Source of the DNA: an uncultured virus (IMG/VR IMGVR_UViG_3300018421_000009)
Taxonomy: Duplodnaviria > Heunggongvirae > Uroviricota > Caudoviricetes
Strand: one strand, 5' to 3'
IMG/VR virus record: IMGVR_UViG_3300018421_000009
DNA length: 64,000 nucleotides
The number at the start of each line of letters is the position of its first letter. Position 1 is the stretch's first letter. Shown piece by piece: positions 1-6,890 of the stretch. A program made the position numbers and the translations under genes. The notes below the pieces were generated by a model, which made no database searches, was not told the DNA's origin, and saw only the letters and a program-made list of their open reading frames with translations.

Positions 1-2
1 TC

Positions 3-1262
3 GAGCAGTTACTTGGTATTACTATACTTTCTGAAAAAGCAGAACAGTTAAAAGTTAAGCAAAAAGAAGTTCGCGACGGTATTACTGAAGAAACTGCTCG
101 AATTAATGCTGTTCAATCAAGTAACGAGCGTATTAAAGAAACTATTGAAAGTTTAAAAGTAAAATCAAGTGCTTGGCGTCAACAAAATGCAAAAGATTGC
201 GAACGTTTGCAAAACGGAATTGACGAACTAGAACATTTAGATATTGATCAAGAACTTGAAGCACACGAGTTACTTTCTAAATGGGCAGAAAACGACAAGC
301 ATAAACGCAACTTAGAAAAAGAACGTGCTACACTAGAAAGTGCATTAAGTCAAACTGACAAACAAGTTGCAAAATATACAAAAGATTTAGAAAATCTTGT
401 TGATGCAAAGTGCCATAGTTGTGGTCAAGACTTACACGAAGAAAAGAAACTAGAAATTGAACTTAAACTTCAAGAAGAGTATGGCGAAACAATGACATAC
501 TTAATGGAGATTAATGAAAAGTTTGAAAAAGTGCAAACTAAACTTGAAGAACTAGGAGATCTAACTTCTAAACCTCTTACATTTTATGAAACTGCTAAAG
601 AAGCATACGATCATAGAAGCAATGTTGAAAATTTAAAACAAGCACTAAAATCAAAAGAAACAGAAAGCGACCCTTATGTTGACCAAATAACAGAATTAGA
701 AAACACTGCTATTCAAGAAGTACATTGGGAAACTGTTAACGAATTAAATTCTTTACTAGAACATCAAAATTTCTTGTATAAGTTACTTACAAACAAAGAT
801 AGTTTTATTCGTAAGAAAATTATTGAACAAAATCTTGCATATCTAAACAATAGACTTACATATTATTTAGATCGTATAGGATTACCACATCAAGTTGTAT
901 TCCAAAACGACTTGAATGTAGAAATTACACAATTAGGACAAGACTTAGACTTTGATAATTTGTCAAGAGGTGAACGTAACAGATTAATTTTAGGTTTAAG
1001 TTTTGCGTTCCGTGATGTTTGGGAAAGTTTATATCAAAATATCAACTTAATGTTTATTGACGAACTTATTGATAGCGGTATGGACACAGCAGGTGTTGAA
1101 AGTAGTCTTGCTATTCTTAAGAAAATGGGTCGTGAACGTAAAAAGAACATTTACTTAATTTCACACAAAGACGAACTTGTAGGTCGTGTTAATAACGTAT
1201 TAAAAGTTGTAAAAGAAAACGGCTTTACAAGTTATGCAAACGATATTGATATTATAGAATGA
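3..1262 (+). CDS. gp46: Recombination endonuclease subunit, T4 gp46/SbcC/Rad50-like ATPase (5' truncated by the window edge)
   Basis: Frame is open from position 3 (EQLLGITILSEKAE). Coiled coil with CHSC zinc hook, ABC signature LSRGE, Walker B LMFIDE and H-loop ISH. Confidence 0.92.
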   Translation, partial: EQLLGITILSEKAEQLKVKQKEVRDGITEETARINAVQSSNERIKETIESLKVKSSAWRQQNAKDCERLQNGIDELEHLDIDQELEAHELLSKWAENDKHKRNLEKERATLESALSQTDKQVAKYTKDLENLVDAKCHSCGQDLHEEKKLEIELKLQEEYGETMTYLMEINEKFEKVQTKLEELGDLTSKPLTFYETAKEAYDHRSNVENLKQALKSKETESDPYVDQITELENTAIQEVHWETVNELNSLLEHQNFLYKLLTNKDSFIRKKIIEQNLAYLNNRLTYYLDRIGLPHQVVFQNDLNVEITQLGQDLDFDNLSRGERNRLILGLSFAFRDVWESLYQNINLMFIDELIDSGMDTAGVESSLAILKKMGRERKKNIYLISHKDELVGRVNNVLKVVKENGFTSYANDIDIIE

Positions 1263-1480
1263 GCATAAACGACGACACACACGACAAATTAACAAAGGCT
1301 TACATAGAATACTTTAAAAATAACGAAAAGTATGAACGCTTCAGAGGCCATGAAACCATGCAGGCTACTCGAAAACAACTCCGCTTGATTAGAACGTTGG
1401 CTAAATTACGTATGGATGAAATTATCAACGACTATCAAGAACGCAAAAACCAAAAACAAGAGGCTAAAGATACAGACTAG
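1259..1480 (+). CDS. Hypothetical small helical protein
   Basis: 73-aa ORF with an ATGA overlap with the gp46 stop. Confidence 0.7.
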   Translation: MSINDDTHDKLTKAYIEYFKNNEKYERFRGHETMQATRKQLRLIRTLAKLRMDEIINDYQERKNQKQEAKDTD

Positions 1481-1492
1481 GTAAGTACCAGT

Positions 1493-1933
1493 ATGAACTG
1501 GACTTATCAAGGACAAGAGATAAACACAATACCTGAAGAATATGAAGGCTTTGTTTATCTAATCACAAATACAACCACTGGGCAAAAGTATATAGGCAAG
1601 AAATTAGCCAAATTTAAAACCACTAAGCCACCCCTTAAAGGCAAAAAGAACAAACGCAGAGGCACTAAAGAAAGCGACTGGCAGGACTATTGGGGTTCTT
1701 CTGATCGTTTACAAGCAGATGTCGAAGCACTAGGTCCAAAAAACTTCACAAGAGAAATACTTTATCTGTGTAAAAGCAGAGCAGAAATGAGTTACATTGA
1801 GGCTAGAGAGCAATTTGACCGCCGTGTATTAGAACGAGATGACTATTATAACGGAATTATTAATTGTAGAGTAGGCGGTTCAGACAAATTACGCAAGGCT
1901 TTATTGGAACAAGATATTAAGGCAAAGACATAG
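1493..1933 (+). CDS. Short GIY-YIG family endonuclease (Seg-like catalytic domain only)
   Basis: GFVYLITN...YIGKK motif, YWGSS, conserved E (YIEAREQF) and YYNGII; basic insertion KPPLKGKKNKRR. Confidence 0.85.
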   Translation: MNWTYQGQEINTIPEEYEGFVYLITNTTTGQKYIGKKLAKFKTTKPPLKGKKNKRRGTKESDWQDYWGSSDRLQADVEALGPKNFTREILYLCKSRAEMSYIEAREQFDRRVLERDDYYNGIINCRVGGSDKLRKALLEQDIKAKT

Positions 1934-2429
1934 TAACGCTGTTTGGTCGAGGATGCTCGACTCACCTTGAGGATATGTGAGAGACCATATTCAGATACTG
2001 GTGTGTTACAAGGATAATGCTAACTACAGGCATAAAAGATGTGTGCTCTGTGAAAAAGATACAACACACGGGTAAGTGATTTCGACTGTTTGGGATCAAC
2101 TGCCTTCCGCGGATATTGCGAATGCTGAAGTAGGGGGTTGACGGTCTGCCGCCTCCGATGTATTATATAGAATACATTAACACGTTTAATGCACTCTATA
2201 TGTTACAAATCTTCTTAAACAGAATGGCGATGCTAACTCACATGATGTGAAGCCAAACTTTTAATTCGTCCGGCAACGGGCGAATTGTGGCTCAACTATC
2301 TACATGATGCTAAATTGCTTCGCAATTATTGTTCTTAATTAAAAAGAAAATAAGTGTTTGAGCGATAGCGAAAACAAGATGTGCTTTAGCACATCTAAAC
2401 TGAATGCTTATCTATATAAGGATCATCCA
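1934..2429 (+). ncRNA. Candidate large structured ncRNA (or structured replication origin)
   Basis: ORF-free ~500 bp in an otherwise packed genome. Many stems: 1946-1961, 1971-1992, 2040-2070, 2159-2207, 2263-2286 (GCAA tetraloop), 2313-2327, 2377-2396. G-U pairs are mostly on the + strand. Confidence 0.6.
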
Positions 2430-2618
2430 TTAGTGTAAATCAGGATCGCGTCCTAATCCTTTAACTGTGTAATGTTGGATTTCGATTATACGATAACCGC
2501 TTGTGTCGATTCCTTGTGATTGCATCATAGACATAATTTCATATGCCTCGTCTTCGGTCCCTAAATTGGTCTCGATAATACTATCACGGACGTCCACAAT
2601 GTTGTATGTGTATCTCAT
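2430..2618 (-). CDS. Hypothetical protein (likely start MRYTY at 2618)
   Basis: ORF track 2430..2663; TTAAATA late-type motif on the minus strand at 2626-2632, just upstream of ATG 2618. Confidence 0.6.
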   Translation of the reverse strand: MRYTYNIVDVRDSIIETNLGTEDEAYEIMSMMQSQGIDTSGYRIIEIQHYTVKGLGRDPDLH

Positions 2619-2648
2619 AGTAGAATATTTAATATTAATTACTTGACA

Positions 2649-2654
2649 TAAATA
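2649..2654 (+). promoter_or_regulatory. T4-like late promoter core TAAATA
   Basis: Same hexamer precedes many structural genes (6837, 11165, 12088, 16816, 17244, 18821, 19713, 22603, 29098, 35392, 41167, 43750, 45490, 50916, 51366); T4 late consensus is TATAAATA. Confidence 0.75.
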
Positions 2655-2684
2655 GTAATACATAACAGTTTAGGATTATATAAT

Positions 2685-3326
2685 ATGAAAATTACTCAAA
2701 TTGTAGCAGAATCGCGTGTAGATGAGGCTCCTGTAAGCGGTATTAGGCAGGGTCTACGTAAGTTTGGTGCTAAAGCACTGGCTAAAGTTGGCGCAAAAGA
2801 CGCCGCAATGGGTATTGCAGGTGCTGTAGATACCGGTGATGAAGCAAACGCACTGCGTACAGAGTTTCAAAATTATATAGGTCAAACAGGTCAAAAAATG
2901 AGCCAAATTGATGCACAAGATTTAGCAAATTGGCTTAAAACTAAAAAAATGCCTACTAATAGTGTTCCACCTAGCGGCACTGTAAGCAAGAAAATGCTTG
3001 ATCAAATCCTACTTAAGGCTGTACAAGATTCTAAAAAAGCCGGCGGAGTACCGTCCGCACAACCGGCCGCTGGCGCGGATGCTGGCGCATCACCACAAGC
3101 AACACAAGGTGCAGGACAACCTGACAATGCTAAACAAGGAACTACAGACACAGGTGCAGTAGACAAAGCAACTGCTACTGGTAGTTCAGGTGACGGTGCA
3201 GGCAAAGCACCTCCAACAGGCAACGGCAGTGCTGTTGGTAAATCAGAAACAATTCCGCCTAACATTCAAGCACAACTTGATTTGTTAAACGGTCCAGATA
3301 AAAAACGATTAGCGAGTATGTTATAA
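2685..3326 (+). CDS. Probable internal head/virion protein
   Basis: Late promoter upstream; N-terminus MKITQIVAE-SRVDE-AP has gp21-type (I/L/V)xE sites; Ala/Gly-rich linker. Confidence 0.55.
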   Translation: MKITQIVAESRVDEAPVSGIRQGLRKFGAKALAKVGAKDAAMGIAGAVDTGDEANALRTEFQNYIGQTGQKMSQIDAQDLANWLKTKKMPTNSVPPSGTVSKKMLDQILLKAVQDSKKAGGVPSAQPAAGADAGASPQATQGAGQPDNAKQGTTDTGAVDKATATGSSGDGAGKAPPTGNGSAVGKSETIPPNIQAQLDLLNGPDKKRLASML

Positions 3327-5674
3327 TGAAACTGTTTGAACTAAACACCCCAACGAATAGAACTAGTCAAATCCTAACTGAAGGTTATCAAACTCTTACA
3401 GAAACTCAAAAGATTTATCTTAATAGATGGGAACGTGAACTTTGGCCTTTGCTTGAAGAATACGTTAAACTCGCAGAAGCAGATCTAACTGCTGATCAAA
3501 TTAATGCTATTTTCCAAGGTGCTGAACAACGTGCAATGGCAAGTGGCGACAATAAAACTGTTGCAGGTAAAGTTGGTGGCGCGGCATTAGCGGCGGCAAA
3601 ACTTCCTGTAGACATTGCTAAAAAGGTTGATGCAAAGATTAATGAACTAGGACGCATGGCACAAAACGCAGGTCCTATTAAAAACGCTGATGCTAAGTTT
3701 GAAGAACTAAAAGCAAAAATTTCAAAAGAAAACAGTGACAGCAAAATTGTACAAGGCATTCAAAAAATTAGTGACTGGGCAAAAGAAAACCCAGGTAAGG
3801 CTTCACTAGCAGTAGGTATTCTAACAACTATTGCGGCTTTTGCGGGTGGTCCTGCAGGCGGTGCCGCGGCTGGTTTAATACTACGTGCTTCAAAAGACTT
3901 ATTACAAGGCGAGAAACTTTCAACAGCAGTTGGTAAATCAATTAAGACTGGTGTTTATGGTGCTCTTGCTGGTATGGCATTTAAAGAACTTACAGACAAC
4001 ATTGTTGACAACATTGCATCAGCACAGAACGCAGAACTAGATGCAATGGAAGCGGCCATGAAGGCAGAAAACTTCCAAAACGCAAAAGCAGATCTATTTG
4101 CTGATCTAGGCATGAAAGTTGATGCACTTGACGGTGCAAGTAGAATGAATATGAGTGGTAACTTAAATCAATTTTATTATTCATATGATACTGTTATTCC
4201 ACCTGATATGATGGGACAGTATAATGCTCTCGAAGCGGCTATGGACGGTGCGAAATCATTTAGTCCGGAGCATTATGCGGCGGCGGCTAAGTTCCATGAC
4301 TTTATGGGACAACTTGTAAACAGTTCTGAAGCAAAGAATCTAACAGCGGCTTGGGACGCACTTAAAGAAATTCCACGTGATACGCTTACAATAGACAACC
4401 TAAACACAATTATTGCTAAAATAGACTCAGGCGATGAATTGCTAAAAACAATTATGAACGCAGGCGGAGCGGCAGGAGCCGCGGCACAGGGTGCGTTACA
4501 AACTGTTGACGACAATGCTAAAAAAGCACAAACATCAAAACCAGTTGATGCAGATACTAAGCAACAATTAGAATTAGATCTTAAGGGTGGTGGTGAGAAA
4601 CAAGCAGAATCAATTGACTACGAAACTTCATACAAATATATGTTAGAGCAATATATTGCCGAAGCAGATCCTGCACAAGGTGAATTACCATTAGATAATC
4701 CAAACTCACTTGGTGCTAAGATGAAACGTGGTCTTGGCAAAGCGGCAGGTGCTGTTGGCGGTGCTATTAAAGGTGCGGCAGGCAAAGCGGCCGCAGGTGT
4801 TAAACAAGTTGGTAAAGACTTAGGTAACAAAATTACTGCTAACAAGTTAATGAAAAAATGGAAAGAAATGGGCGAACCAACAGACGCAGGTACTGTTGCA
4901 TTTATTCTACAAGACGCAGGTATGAGCCCAGACGATATTAAAGCAATTGGTCAAGAACAAAAAGTTGATCTACCAGCACAAGGTACTCCACCAGCAGATG
5001 CCAAAGGTGATAATGCACAAGCAGGTGCTACACCAGCAGATGCCAAAGGTGATAATGCACAAGCAGGTGCTACACCAAAAGCAGGTGGTTCTACAGCACA
5101 AGGTAGTCCAGATGCTTCACCTGAAGACAATCTTGCTAAAACAGGCAATCCAGTAGGAGCACCTAAAGATGGCGATTCTAACGCTGATACAGCGTCAACA
5201 AGCGGTGGTCAAGGTGGCGGTGCTACTGCAACAGCATCTTCAGGAGAAAGACGTGCTACTAAGGACGAAATTGCAAAATGGGTTAGAAAAGATGCCGGCT
5301 TAGTTGATCCTAAGAATCCTGCACTTGATGGTGCTATTGAAGCAAATAGAGATGGTCGCAATATTGGACTTGTTAGACAAGCAAATGGTCAGGATCATAT
5401 TTGGTTAGGCCAGTCGTGGGTTGATATGTCAACTGGCAAATCTGTAAGTTCTGATACACAAGGACTAGGCAGACCTGATCTAGAAGAACTTGCTAAAGAA
5501 ATTCAAAAAGCAAATGTTGCTAAACTTGTAAAAGATCAATTAACTTCACCTGGTGTAACAGCAGGTACTAAAGATGCTCAACAAGCAAAAGTGGGTAAAA
5601 AGTTAGTTTCTAAACAAGCACAAGCGGCAATGAAACGTCCAGAACAAAGATTCCAAAAAGGAGCAACTGCCTAA
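3326..5674 (+). CDS. Large probable internal head/ejection protein
   Basis: 782 aa, TAATG-coupled to the upstream gene. LTE/LAE/IAE motifs, hydrophobic Gly/Ala segment LAVGILTTIAAFAGGPAGGAAAGLIL, low-complexity linker. Confidence 0.55.
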   Translation: MKLFELNTPTNRTSQILTEGYQTLTETQKIYLNRWERELWPLLEEYVKLAEADLTADQINAIFQGAEQRAMASGDNKTVAGKVGGAALAAAKLPVDIAKKVDAKINELGRMAQNAGPIKNADAKFEELKAKISKENSDSKIVQGIQKISDWAKENPGKASLAVGILTTIAAFAGGPAGGAAAGLILRASKDLLQGEKLSTAVGKSIKTGVYGALAGMAFKELTDNIVDNIASAQNAELDAMEAAMKAENFQNAKADLFADLGMKVDALDGASRMNMSGNLNQFYYSYDTVIPPDMMGQYNALEAAMDGAKSFSPEHYAAAAKFHDFMGQLVNSSEAKNLTAAWDALKEIPRDTLTIDNLNTIIAKIDSGDELLKTIMNAGGAAGAAAQGALQTVDDNAKKAQTSKPVDADTKQQLELDLKGGGEKQAESIDYETSYKYMLEQYIAEADPAQGELPLDNPNSLGAKMKRGLGKAAGAVGGAIKGAAGKAAAGVKQVGKDLGNKITANKLMKKWKEMGEPTDAGTVAFILQDAGMSPDDIKAIGQEQKVDLPAQGTPPADAKGDNAQAGATPADAKGDNAQAGATPKAGGSTAQGSPDASPEDNLAKTGNPVGAPKDGDSNADTASTSGGQGGGATATASSGERRATKDEIAKWVRKDAGLVDPKNPALDGAIEANRDGRNIGLVRQANGQDHIWLGQSWVDMSTGKSVSSDTQGLGRPDLEELAKEIQKANVAKLVKDQLTSPGVTAGTKDAQQAKVGKKLVSKQAQAAMKRPEQRFQKGATA
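4989..5077 (+). repeat. Perfect 42-bp in-frame tandem duplication (PADAKGDNAQAGAT x2)
   Basis: caccagcagatgccaaaggtgataatgcacaagcaggtgcta at 4989-5030 and 5031-5072, then cacca. Confidence 0.95.
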
Positions 5675-5907
5675 AAGAAAGGCATATTGCTCTTTTTAGT
5701 TGTTTCTAGATTATCTTCAACAATCTTACTAACTATTTCTCGTTCTTCGGGACCAAAGTCGTATGCTTCAGTAATTGATACTCCGCCTCGCATATACCAC
5801 ACTATCTTTAACAAGTCGTGTTTTATCTGTTTGCATTCTTTTTCCATTTCTTTAGAACGCTGGATAATCTTGTCAAGAGGCCAGTGTGTTATCTGCGAGC
5901 GAAAAAA
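5671..5907 (-). CDS. gp51-like / tail-chaperone C-terminal ORF, probably reached by -1 frameshift from the upstream gene (missing from the ORF track)
   Basis: Manual translation: FFRSQITHWPLDKIIQRSKEMEKECKQIKHDLLKIVWYMRGGVSITEAYDFGPEEREIVSKIVEDNLETTKKSNMPFF*. First ATG (5847) has no SD. Confidence 0.75.
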   Translation of the reverse strand, partial: FFRSQITHWPLDKIIQRSKEMEKECKQIKHDLLKIVWYMRGGVSITEAYDFGPEEREIVSKIVEDNLETTKKSNMPFF

Positions 5908-6821
5908 TTTGATTGATCAAACGTAATAGGCACTTCAAATTTTAATGGTGCGCCTGCTTCTCGTTCCTCAACTGTTGTTTCCGTTTCAAACGGAGGTAGT
6001 GCAAAATCACTTCTAACTTTTTCAATATGATCTTTGATTCTTTCAAAAATAATACTGTCTGCGTTAGCAAAAAAGTCTTTGATGTGTTTTGGATCTGTTA
6101 CTGGTTCGTCATGTCCATATTGTACATAAACAACTTGATCTACAACAATATTAAGATTCATTTCTGATAACAGTTTAAATGAAGCATCAAACTTCGACAT
6201 TTTTTCTGAATCAGTCATCTTAGAATCTTGAATGGACGCAACAACACGAGATTGTTCCATACTCTTGATAGACATTTCAGTAAATGTTTTATACGAAATA
6301 GGTCTTAGTTTAAATGTAAAACCTTCTGTAGTAAACGTTTCTGGAAACTTTCGTTCTACAATAGTATCTAATAATTGTACTAGATTAATATCAAAATCTT
6401 TTTCAATTTCGGTATTTGGAACTTTTGATGTAATAGCCATTGTTTCACCGTAAGTAGCAATACGAATTGCAATAAGAATTGCATCAAGATCGATACTTGG
6501 ACAATGAAAAGCATTTTTAATGTTTGGTATACAACTTTGCATTAAAGTTGCTGTTGCTTGGCCATTTATTAGTGCATCTGGAGTTTTTAGGACTAATTCG
6601 TCCTTGGCAGTCATTGAATAAACTGGTAACTCACCATTTTCAGGCATATCAATTGATCCTTCTGGCCACCATTTACCACCAGATGGCAACCTTAGATAGA
6701 TCTTTGCCTGTCTAAAGTGTTTTGCCAATGGGTTGGCGCCGGCTGGTTGAATAGGTGTTCCACCCTGTGGATTCATACCTATTGTATTGTTATAACCTCC
6801 GGACATAGTATTATCTGCCAT
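5889..6821 (-). CDS. T4 gp26-like baseplate hub / tail assembly chaperone (start MADNT at 6821)
   Basis: YLRLPSGG..W, MTAKDEL, DLDAILIAIRIATYGE and C-terminal NFF; GGAG SD and TATAAATA upstream; divergent from the tape measure gene. Confidence 0.75.
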   Translation of the reverse strand: MADNTMSGGYNNTIGMNPQGGTPIQPAGANPLAKHFRQAKIYLRLPSGGKWWPEGSIDMPENGELPVYSMTAKDELVLKTPDALINGQATATLMQSCIPNIKNAFHCPSIDLDAILIAIRIATYGETMAITSKVPNTEIEKDFDINLVQLLDTIVERKFPETFTTEGFTFKLRPISYKTFTEMSIKSMEQSRVVASIQDSKMTDSEKMSKFDASFKLLSEMNLNIVVDQVVYVQYGHDEPVTDPKHIKDFFANADSIIFERIKDHIEKVRSDFALPPFETETTVEEREAGAPLKFEVPITFDQSNFFARR

Positions 6822-6836
6822 GTTTTCTTCTCCTGC

Positions 6837-6863
6837 TAAATAATAGTAGCACAAGTATTTATA
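6837..6863. promoter_or_regulatory. Face-to-face late promoters: TAAATA (+, 6837-6842) and TATAAATA (-, 6856-6863)
   Basis: Seen directly between the divergent gp26-like and tape measure genes. Confidence 0.7.
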
Positions 6864-6890
6864 GTGTCTTATAAAGTGAGTAGTTAATTA

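Noticed and set aside
1934..2429. Group I/II intron, retron, tRNA, tmRNA or CRISPR interpretation of the structured region
   Set aside because: No recognisable P/Q/R/S or domain V motifs, no interrupted gene, no RT, no cloverleaf, and no regularly spaced repeats.
2643..2684. TTGACA as a sigma70 -35 for gene 2685
   Set aside because: No -10 at 16-18 bp spacing (TATAAT lies about 30 bp away); the overlapping TAAATA late motif explains the site.
5687..5926. Plus-strand 79-aa ORF in the track
   Set aside because: It is antisense to the more plausible minus-strand gp51-like frame.
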